In this document: positions 24,601 through 36,600 of the stretch, in pieces
Layout of the letters: each line of letters starts with the position of its first letter
Numbering within the stretch: position 1 is the stretch's first letter
Assembly: GCA_977030845.1 (NCBI GenBank)
Contig: OZ365115.1
Location: forward strand, 10,540,001 to 10,604,000
Reading direction: 5' to 3'
Length of the DNA stretch: 64,000 nt
From: Fimbriosthenelais zetlandica
Lineage: Eukaryota
Notes under the pieces: model-generated
Seen by the model: only the letters and a program-made list of their open reading frames with translations
What the model was told of the DNA's origin: nothing
Databases searched by the model: none
Position numbers and translations under genes: made by a program

Positions 24601-27600
24601 ATTTAGAAAAGAATGCAAATGGAATCTAACTTAGCATATTGTGCGATAACTATAAACAAGTTTTAGAGAAGTTCTTGGTGAAAAAGGCAGTGGGGATGAG
24701 ATGTACTTTAAACTAGACAATAGAGGTATGCTTTATACATAGCGCCTTATTTACACAGCCTTTAACAAAGTCATCAATGGAAACTTGGATGAGGACAATA
24801 AAGAAATGAGTAAAGATAATGAAGATAAGATTACAGAGATGGAAACCCCAGAATTTAGAGGAGAAGTAATTTTGTATCATAAGGATACCAGACTATTTTC
24901 ATCAGCTATTTACAAATTAATATGTATCAACTCAATCGGTCATCCATCATCCAGAACTGGAAGCAGGAGTCAAAAGTTCCTATTTTCTGTACAGTAACAT
25001 CCGTGTCAACATGATTAACATATTTTAAGGAGACGGGCAGGGTTAAAAAGTGCAGTGACATTGATATGATTACATTACAATTAACCAATACTAACAATAC
25101 TGGACAGTGTTGGGACATTGTGAGTGTCACATATAGAAGTGAGGCGGTGATCATTAAATGTCTCTCAAGCTGGCCTTCTCTTATTAACATGTTGCTCCAT
25201 CCACTCTTGGACATTATTTTAGGCAGGAGTCCCTAGATGTCATTTGATAAAAACAATTGTCTTTTTTGGCAGTCAAAGGGGTATCTGAGGGCATTATTTA
25301 CATGTTAAGGACATGCTATGCCATGCTTTATGGATGCTTTCTAAGTTAGTCTACTTGAACCAATGCTCCTTATCATGTTATAAGAGCCATTCATATCTAC
25401 AGTTCGAATTTGACTGAAATATCAGATATTTCAGAAAAAGGTAAATTTGGGGATATTAAAAAAAACTGTCAGAGAAAAACTGATAAATAACATAACTGAT
25501 AAATTTAAAACAAACGAAAGAACATTTTTTATATTCTTCTCAAAGGCAACTCTTGAATTTCATTTCAATTTTAAATTATTGAATTTTGGATTTTTTGAGA
25601 ATACGGGCTTTCTCGGGAGTCAATGTCAGGTAGGTGGAGAGGTTACCTGTTGGGGTGGGTAATGGACTGATTGTTACTGGTCAGGCGTGAAAAGACGTTT
25701 CCTTCTCTGGCTTTCCGCGCGGTGGACGGGGAGGCGGGCGGGGTGTGGCCCTCACCCAGTTCACTGCAACTGTATGAGAGAGAGCAGGGTGCATGCAGCA
25801 ATAATGATTACACAGCGTGAGACTTGTAAGCTAGAGATAGTGAGAGTAACAGTGAGGAGGTCTCTACAACAGTATCAATTAGACACACCACACCTTGAAA
25901 CATTGGCTGTGACAGAGCTACCAGCTACTACCGGTCTTACCATGCTATCAAATCATGAGGGGGTATTCATTTGGAAAATTTCACAAAAACTGCAGATTGA
26001 TGTCATCTAGAAAATTTCGCAAATTTAGATTTGAAAAAAAAGGAGTAAAATATGAGACTGAGACGGCAGGAGCTGGTATCTCCGAAATCAAAAGCAAAAA
26101 TAGCTGGCTTCTTCATAATAAGTTGTACTCAGTATACGTATAGACATTGCCTATAGTAGAAAACATTAATATGTTACACTAAATGGCCAAAACAAGTTAT
26201 GTTCATATCTGACATTTTCAAGCCAATTAGTTACGAAGATAACAAAGATGAAATTTGCAATGTTCATCAAAAAGAGTACTCATATAATTTTGAGATGAAA
26301 TACTCAGATTATTTTAAAGAAAAGGTAAATATTTTTTCAATTTTACACAAATTTTGGGGCCAGCTGGGACAACAGTAATGATTAGGACAGACAATCAATG
26401 TTAGTTGTTTTTATGAAAATCGTGAAAGATGTGAAACCATGCAGTGAATATTGAATATATATGAACATGTATATATTTAATATAGTCACATAATTATAGT
26501 GATGGATAGATATAGTGATGTAAAATAATTTTGAACTGGAAGAAATAGACAAAATAGTCACAAAGAGCCATTAAAATGTATCTTGCAAAACAGCAAAATA
26601 TTTTCCCCAATCTACACTAATTAATAGACAGATTTGGAGGAGTTCCAAGGAGGACTAATGTGCTAATTATATTTGGAAGTCTAGAGCTAGTTAATCCAAA
26701 CCAGACTATCTGATCACCCATATATCCAGCACTACCTACTTCTAATCCTACATGGCCAACACTGATGGGCAGGGAGCAGAGCCTCAATGGTAGTAATTAC
26801 CAAGTACATTCGCACGCCCCTTATTAGTGATTTTCTTTTAACAATAGAATTGATAAAGCCTTTAGACTTTCCTCCCCAAATTGTTGTTCCATGAATGGCC
26901 CAGTCCCCCGAACTAGTATAATAGAGAGCATGGAGGTATTAAGAGTGATTAAGGCTTGCTATGGGCTTTCCCTCTCGTTTGCTCTTGTCCCTCAGACTAA
27001 GCCAAGTTCTGGGCTAAGTAGAAGGTTTCCAGCAGTCACACCTCCCCCACACCCACAACAAGCAAGTTTTTTCTCGTCCAATAACACCAGATACAATGTA
27101 ACACAAGGTACTCCAGCGTGTAATATGCCACAACTAATGTTAAACCACCATCCCGCTACAGTCACGATGATGTGCAACGGTTTCACTGGGTTAATTCATC
27201 GTACATATGTGAATGTACTTTGAAATGATTCCAGGTATTTTGACAAAAAAGCAGCTCGGACGTCATAAAAAGTGGATAATTGTTTCATACATGGAAAAAG
27301 CTTCTTTAACGCAAGGATTTATTATAGATTTGGAAATATTAATGTTTCCAAGTTTGGTCAATATTTAAAGGATTGGATACTGGCATGAGGAAACGTATTT
27401 TGGCTGCGCCATTGAGTAGGTATGCCAATACAAATAGCAATCTCACGGAAAACAAAATCACATTTTTCAATCTAGGGTAGTCATTTATTATCCCATTGGC
27501 TACAAAAAGTCTCCTCCTTAGCTGCAAGACTAATGCTAGGAAACAGAGGAGACCCTTCTACTTGAAGACTAATCATTCAGTTTGAAGATATTGAGTGGGT

Positions 27601-30600
27601 TAGATAGGGTCGCCGGTAGGCAGGGCTGGGTGGTGTTTTTTTCCAGATAAGAAACATATTACAGATGTTTAGTGGACTAGTTATTAAAATATGCTGGTTG
27701 TGGTGCTACTTTATTAATGCTAGAGGTGCGGTGCCTATTGTCATTTGATAGCCTGGTCTTTGTCTGGAGGGTGTGGGAATAGGAATGACTGGTGGTGTTT
27801 AATGTGGACGTTACAGGGTCATGCCCACAATGAATACATCCAGGTAGGTCTGATTTATAATACATGTGTAACATATATTTGTAACATGTGTTTACTGAAT
27901 GATATTTATCAGAGGTTTATTATCTGAGTGGCATGAGTCAGGATTTTATTAGATATTTGGAAATACAATGCAGAACAACAATTAGGTCGAATAGTAACGG
28001 CCCCAAAAGTGCAACAGCATTGGTCTAAGATACAATTTAAATGATTAATTTATTCGTAGGTCAAACTATACTTCAAATTTTAAGCGATTCCTACTAGCAC
28101 GAGATTATACGCAGTTCTATCATACACTACATTTTTAATGGAAAAACCCAAGACAATTGGCATTCTCTGCTCAAGATTAAGAAGATTAAGGTAGATTATG
28201 TAGATTAAGGCTGAATTATCAAACCACCATATTATATGAAACACATTGCCACCATTGGCTTTAGCCAGATAACCTTTTCACCCATGTAATATGAATACAT
28301 GTATCATGAAAAGAAATCCGAACCTTCCCGTGGGCAGTTTATACGAAATCACAGTAGTAGCTTGGTTTAATGAAACCAAACTTTTCATCTCGAGCATTTC
28401 AATATCCAAGGATTAACGCAAAGTGGAACAAAGTTTACTCCTTAACCATAGACCTGTAGAGAAAGAGATATCGTAATTTTGAGATTTAGGAACCAATAAG
28501 CCTTAAAGGCATTCTAAGAACAGAATAAAAAACCTGTCCTAATTGATCTCCAATAATTATCACTTTCTATTTTTGTGATTGAATGGCTCATTGTGTTTTG
28601 ATGGGTTGTGCTATCCCCTCACATAAAGATGACCTTTAGCCAGGTGTGGATTTACTGGTTGATGTGTCTGACACCACGTCACATTAGTCATGCAACCCTT
28701 GATTAATAGCCGTTTAATAAATGGGTTCTATTTTTATACATCCTCAAGGTGGAACTGTCAGGGACTCGTTTTCCAGTGAATATTATCAATGGAAATCTTT
28801 TACCTTTCAAAGATTCAAGGACAAGTCGCAAGTAATAGTCAAAACAACTCATATACTTTGCAGTAAAAAATCATCCATTACATGGATTAAATGAAAATTT
28901 AATCAGGCGAATAGCTGATAAAATACAAGACCAATTTATCAGTCTCTGGCCTGCATGGCAGGCCTCTTCACAAAGTCAATGAGCTTTGATAAGCCTGACA
29001 GAAGTATGAATAAGGATATTTAAAATGAGTTCTCATTCTCTAACCAATAGTAAAACAAGGTTAGATAGACAAAAGCTGTGCTGGAGGACCTTCTATTATT
29101 GGGTTGTTTGGCAAATGGTCCCTGCTCTCAATCGAGCCATGTGGAATTCCCACTGATATTAAGCCATGCTGAAGCCATGTAGGTTGTCGGCATATATATT
29201 AGAAATACCCAATATATTAGGAACGATGTTGTGTTTACGGGATGCTAATAAAATTATATATGATTTGTTAGCGGGGGTTTTCCAAGACTTTAGAAGGAAA
29301 TTCGATATCATGATGAAGACCAGTACTTTTTTCAGACAGGATTTAACATTTTTATAACACATCGCTTATTAATTGCAATCTTCTACATTTGCAGAGCCAG
29401 CCACCATGAGTGGGAGTCTGTCAGTAAAGTCACCTGAGGCCATCTTTCCTGATGACAGTTTTCAGATTATACCATGCATCAGCATGGCACAGTCACAGAA
29501 TGACGTGGTGGGTAAGGTGACGTCACCAACCGTCATGTGGGCCATGCCGCGCGATATGATGACGTCAGAAGGGGACCCGCCACAAGGACCGAGTTTACCT
29601 GAGCGACTCACAGCAGCTCCTCTACCTGACATCACTGACACTGTCCTACACAATGACACAGACTCACCCAAGCCACTCTCTAATGCTGAAAGGTGAGCCT
29701 CTCAAAGATAGGAATGGTTCCCGCAAGACAGAAAATTAGCCCAAATAACTGGAACTACAGTTTTCCGAAAAGTAACATGTTCAAGATATGCGCTCTTCAG
29801 AAAGGTTATAAATTCTCAGCACAGCTCTCTAGGGCATGTAAAACAATAGTATGTCTATATATTGGGACAGGTAGCATAGTTTGTATTAAACGTATTAGCT
29901 TCTAATCTCTAGGCTTGTGTTTGGCCAATGAACAATAGATATTATAAATCCCACATTGAGGTCAATAGAAATATTGTAAAATGATAACTGGAATACATTT
30001 AGTTCAGTGGGACTAGAACTGGGTCCTGGGGAGTTAATCCACACATGGCATTGAAATCCCAATGTATACAAGTAGTGCAGCAGATCTAAAAAACAAAATA
30101 TTACAGAAGAATATCTAATTGAAATTATTCGTTCAATGGCAGTGGGCCCTGGAGGGGGGGGGGGGGCTTTTTTTTTTTAAAAAAAGATTAAAGGGACGAG
30201 TGAGGTACAGACCTTGCCAAGAGGAGTTGGCAATGAAACTCATCAATATATGATAATATACGTGGTAGTACCATAATACTGAGACCTGCCACTTTACTCA
30301 GTCAGCGATCAAGCGAAGCATGTCTAAACCAAGCAATAGTCTGTTGTCTGATCATTTGCTAAGAGCTTGATAATAATAGAACAGTTGGGGATATGACACA
30401 GGAGAGCGAGGAACTTTTGCACAACTCAATTTCGGAAAAATATGGTAAGATCTTCTTAAAATGAGGTTTTCTTATCATTGGCAGGACCTGGAGAAAGTGA
30501 AGAGACCATGAAGGGTGTTAATTGAGCTGATTGACTTTCAGTGATCAGTGATCAACTCTCAGAAGCGTGGGAGTTTAAAATTTGATCGAGGCGATTACGA

Positions 30601-33600
30601 GTACGCTCTGAATATATCAAACTCTAAAATACATGGTTTTGTTTTTTGCAGAGTGTTGGTGAAGCACAATGTGGTAGCCAGGCATGCACTCAAGACACAG
30701 AATGAAGACCTTAATCGACAATTCACTAGGATAATGGCTGCTCACGCTGCACAAGAGCGCCTCATTCAAGCTGAACTTCGCTCCATCCAACAGCATACGC
30801 TTTCTCCTGCTGTTGGAGCAACAGCAAGTGCTGTGGATTTCTCACAGATCATGAGTAGCCCACGTAATCTGAGTGCCTCCAATGGCAAATATTTCATCTC
30901 TCCTTTCAACCGGCATAAGGTGGCAGTTCCTAAAGGGGACTCACCCTCGTCCGTATCCTTACCATCGAGTCTAGGCCACAGTAGCCTGGGGGATGAAGCA
31001 CAGGGGAAATACAGCTTGTCCTCAAGACCTAAGATTGGGAAGATTGGAGTGAAGTCAGGGAATGTTAATGTCACTATGGCGGTGACTACTGGTTCAGGTA
31101 CAACCACAACAACCATGACATCAACTCAAGGGATGAGAGTCCATACAACACACACAAGTCCTGCCCTCAAACTAAAACAGACGGCCTCTGGGGGCCTCAA
31201 ACTCCAGCCTGTCAACTTACAACAAGTCAACGGAGCCATCAGTGAGATGAAATCCAAAGGTGGCAAGCCTGTCCGGGTCAAAGTTCAACTTAAGGTCAAA
31301 CTTCCACCTTTGAAATCTGGCAAGCAAAGCCCCATGCTGCCTCAACCCAAGTATGACCCGTCCCAGCTACAAATGCAGCAGGCCAGTGGCTCTCCCTACA
31401 GACAGAAGCAATCCATCAGATTTAGTTCCTCCTCACCAAAGGACATTGCTAAAGAGGAAGCCTCAAGTTTCGGTTCCCTCCGCAAGATTGATATAGTGTT
31501 TAGTGGTGAGAGGGCAGAAGCTCGATCAGTAACACCCCCAGAGACGCCTCCCATGGCATCAACAAACGAGTATGAGAACAGGACACTGGTGCTTCGTTGT
31601 GCTGATGGCACACTATGTCGTGTACCAATAGGCGGCACCAACAAACTCCAAAAACTTATAGCAGCCAGAGATACTTCAGTCACACGTAAAAGCAACTCCA
31701 GTAGCAAAGGTCGACAAAATCCAATAGAAGGCCTCACAGGCAAGTCCATGCTCAAGTCTTGTTTGAAGAAACCACGATCTAAAGTATTCCCAGGACTGAA
31801 AAAATCAGTTCACTTTGCTCCTGATGTGATCGAGGTAAACAGGGAGAGTAAAGAAACAGAACTGCAGCCCACTGTGAAAATTGGTTCCAAATTCTATACA
31901 ATCAAACTCCCGAACATCAAGTCTTTACAACATGTGCCTGTAGCCAGTGACAGATACGCTGTCAGGTCTGTGACTCTACTCCCCAAAATCCCCGAATTAA
32001 CGGAGGATTTTAGGGGTGATTTGGATGCCATAGAGGACATTGATGAGGGTGATTCCATCAATGATGATGGGGAGGAAAACGAGAGTGATGTACCTTCTGA
32101 AGATAGACCATATGCTGCTCGCAGGCGGATAAGTATCAACAAAGATTCAGATGAAAAGCTTCCTAAGTACAAGGATGTGGTTTTACAAGTGAGGATGAAA
32201 AAGAAAAAGACACCGAGCCCGTCACCAGACATGGCTCTAACTGCACCTACTCCAAGTCCAGATGAGTTCCAGGAGAGTGAGACTAACCCAGGGAAATATA
32301 TGGTTTCTAAAGTCCATGATAGATGGAAAGTGACAATAAAAAACAGTTCGCTCATATGATGGTCGACCTAAGAGTTTGTGGATAGCTGTGATATAATGCC
32401 TTTCATATAATTATATGAATCCTTGGCCACATAAGAATCTGTGATAAACTTTCATTCATCAAAGATAACCAGGGACACTTAATTAACTACTCTGGATTAG
32501 GAAAGTTCAAGCTGCTGAATTGTTTTTTTAGTAAAGTCAGAAGGAATTCTATGTAATTAATATTCCACTCAGCTTTGGTATTTTAATGATATGGAAAGCT
32601 AGAATTCAGACACTCTGTCAAAGACAAGAATTACTGAACTTTCAATACTTGATGACATATATATTAGCTTCTAACTGACATTACTTTTTGTAGCAAGCAT
32701 TTACCAATGAACTTAAGATGAATGTTCAAGCAGGACACACCTGTAAATTCAATCTTGCAGGGTACAATTGGATATTTCTTAGTCAGGTTATATAACTGAT
32801 ATTCTAAAAAACTGTGATACTGCAAATCTTAGCCTTGTTATCTGTGAGGTGAAGTACGAAAATGTATGCATTTATAACACATATTATTGTGCATGAATAA
32901 GAATAAAGAGTAATGTTGATTATTCCTGTACCTTTTGCATTCAGCTTTTTCAATATGAAGAATGCAAAACATACACGGAACAACAGCAGGTATGGGGAGC
33001 TAAAATGGAGCTTAAAATGGTCTTAGCAGGGAATGTGAAACTGGGTAGACAGAAGCAAGACAGAGGAATGAAAGCCTGAAGGTTGTTGTACTCACATAGA
33101 ACTTTGCCTGGAGAGAGAGCTGGAGGAAGAGTTGGCTTTCCTCCTCATGGTTGGGGAAGGTTCAGGCATGGAGACCTTGGACGGGGCAGGGTAAGACTTC
33201 CTCATCAGGCTGGGACTGGGTCCTGAGTCGGGCAGTGCTCCTGTCAAACTCCTGGCAAAGGAACAGTCATTTTACAATAACTAAAATGTCCATACAGTCA
33301 ATCCCACAGTAAATGACATGCTACATATGCGCCATCTTGCGCCTAGCTTTAGGCGAAATCTGTCGAACAGTGAAATTTCCAATAGCATTTAAATAGAATA
33401 CAGTGAAATGATCCATTGAACGTTGGCAGATAAATGGGAGAACGTACCTTGACATGGCACCATTTTGCCTGACTGTGGCAGTACCAGAAGTAGAGGCGGG
33501 CCTGATGGGGTTTACGGCTGCGGTAGCGCCTTTAGCAGCAGTAGGGGCTAGCGGTGCGGGCCCCTTGGCTGCAGAGGACGGTAGGACTACTGGTTTAGGA

Positions 33601-36600
33601 GCCACAGGTGGTGGGACAGACGAGTTGGACGAGGGCTTAGGCGGTGGCTGAGGTACTGGTGCCTGAAAAATAACCGTTTATCATTCTTAAAAACAGCTTC
33701 TTGGACCAGGCAAAGAGTAGGGACATTAAGCTTGGACCAAAATTGTCCAGTTTTTTTTTCTATTTAATCGGGAAAACTGTAAACTCAGCTCTGTTGATTT
33801 CACTTTCACAATGATGTCTACTTTACATTTTAATGAGATCTTGCTGAAAATATCATTCCAATAAATCAAAATGAAGATGGATTGATACCTTATTGATGGC
33901 AATGAGAGGAGGTGGGGTCCTGGCTGAGGTGGTGGGCGGTGTCTGTGGTGATGCCAGTTTTAGCGTCACTGACGATGTCTTGATACCAAGAGAGAGGGGA
34001 AGAGATTTAGGCTTCAGACTGTCCGCGTCCAGGCTGCTGGCTGTACTCTTCTTTTTATCTGGGCCTGAAGTCTCTGGTACAGGTAAGATAGGGGAGCCAG
34101 GTTCAGCAGGTGATGTCCCGGCATACAACAACTCCTGAGCTGTGGCTGTCTTCCTCCTAGCCTAAAAACCACCAACATAGTCAAATTAGAAACTGATCTA
34201 TGTCTTTTACCAATCTTCATGATTCCTGGGAGTTATAAATGTGGAAGTAAACACTCAGATTTTCATATGGAATGTGAATGGCAATAGTGAAATACCTTAT
34301 CTTTAGCTCGTCCTGAGAGTGACTCTCCTGAGCCTGTAGTGCTCCCTCCTGGGGCGGTGAACAGGGCCGCAGTCTGCGGATTGATGGGGCGGAACGACGG
34401 CTCCAACAAGCTGGTAATCCCAATAGTTGATGAGCAGCAAAAGACAGCATTGGAGGGTTGAGGTCCAGGTGGTGGTGTTTGTGTGTTTAGAGACCATGTG
34501 GAGGCAGCATACCGAAGACACCCAGCATTCCAGGCGTATTCGGACAAGCAACATAAAGGAGGAGGAAGGGGCAGGCACGAACACAAAACACGAAACGGTA
34601 GACACAGGCACATGAAGGGGTGGGGGTCGGACAGACACAAAGAAGAGAGAAAGAGAAAGAGAAAATGCAACATAAGGCTGTGTTCAATACGAATTGTACA
34701 AATCATGCAGGTTGATGTGGAAATGTGGTTATCTTTGTCCTCACTGCTTTTGGTAGTCTAACCCTGATTAATATTTAGAGCTATCCTCAAGTGTAGTGTT
34801 TGGGTCCTTACATTGAAGTTATGTAATATTAGGTGCCACATATATAACGCACACAGACATACACACAGCCAGCTGGTGGACATGTAACGGGGGAAACGTC
34901 CATTGTGCTTCAATAAGGTAAGCAGCAACAAATATGAGTGACTTATAATATACATATATATTAATTAACAAGTAGTGAATCGTAGTGGATGTGTGGACCC
35001 TGGATTAATGTACCCTGAGTGTCTAGCATCTGCGTAGTTAGCTATGTTTATAAGCTTAACAACTAAGTCTCAACATTAACACTGACTGGGTATTTAGCTC
35101 TTTACCCTCAAGCTTAAGCAACAATACTGCTCGTCTCAAATCGAGTCATGCTTACCCTATACTCTTTCAATTAATACTGCATAATACTAAATTGCTGTTC
35201 TAACTAGATTAGCTGAGAAGGTCAACAGATAAGTCAACAAACTTTGTGCGTTAATTTGTGCATACTAGCCTAGGCATTATATACAGTCTGAATCTTATAA
35301 AGGGTCATATTATAAATATCTATATCTCTTATACCCTGATTTAATGTGTAATATGTAAGGTGCTATACTTTCTAAATATCACAATAATGAAAACAGTGTC
35401 CCTTCTGTAGGGATAAGCTAACTTGCGTTATTAGTTATAAAGTTGAAGATTTAGATATATATCATATTCCCTATACTTTAAAGATAGCAGCACAAACAAA
35501 AAATTCGAATGCAGACAAATCCGACAATATTTTGGTAGGGGTTGATTCAATTAATTTGTTATAGAATCATTTGATAAATACATGTAAATTACTATCCTTG
35601 GCACATACGGATTTTTCTTTTCAAGGCCGTCGGTAAAATTCTAAAATTTTTGATGCACCAAAACAGGACCAGCCAAAAATCAAGTACTGATCCATATAAT
35701 CCGCAAACCTGATGTTTTCGAGAAACAAAATAAAGTGGCAATTTCTGAAGGCAATATCAAATATAGACACCAAACTTTCAGCATATTCATTAAACATGCA
35801 CTGCAAAATATTTGTTCCCAAAGGCATTGATCTGTAAATCAACAATCAACAAATTGGGCTCCTTTAGGAGCAGAGTCAAATGGCACTTCACAATAGAGCG
35901 TGGTCTAATATATACTAACTAGTCATGTATCTATGTTATAAGGCATTCCAGGAGTCCTATAGGGGCGTGTAAACAACACTAATTGGTCTACTATCTAAGC
36001 ATATCACAGACACTAACAGTTATAGCAGATTCTGGCAATCTACCGACTGGCTCCTAAACTAAAATCTGAGACTAATCAACAAGGATGCAAGACCAAGAAA
36101 GAGGTCATCTTCAAAATACAGAAAGAATAGTGATTCCCGTTCAAATGTTTTGAAATTTTCAACAAAAATAAGATGCAAAATAGGCATGACCAGCATTCTT
36201 CCAAAAAAATAAAACCTTTCGATAAATCATAAAAAAATGAGAATACTAATTTTGAAGATGGGTATATATTTCATATATCATCCATTAAAAATTGTTTGAG
36301 GAATTGGTGAGTTATTTTTGAAGCAGATATATTTTAGTTAAGGATATAGAGGAGAACAGTAAGGCAGAAGAGACAGGCTTGTGCCAGGTCTTTAGCAAAG
36401 GCAATAGCCACAAGCCATTGTCAGGAAGAGAGATAGTGAAACAGAAAAAAGAAAAATAAAACTATTGCGGCAAAGCAACAAAAGTCACTACAACACATAG
36501 GACCACCACGTTTGTGAATTTGGGGGACATAGGATTTTTTCCCCGGGGAAGCATTTGGGAGAGAAAAAAAATAAAAAAGAGAAAAATAGAAAAAAGTGTT

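Noticed and set aside
30311-30540. Extra exons for the nested gene around the donor at 30445
   Set aside because: They require a 40-nt intron or create TGA at the junction; no frame-consistent path was found.
30548-30651. First 35 codons of the 603-aa ORF as the true N-terminus
   Set aside because: The start codon is GTG, and a strong acceptor at 30651 joins in frame to the upstream Kozak-bearing exon, so this stretch is better read as intron.
30766-32355. Minus-strand ORFs of 116, 119 and 153 aa
   Set aside because: Antisense shadows of the long plus-strand exon; no KIF21-like content.
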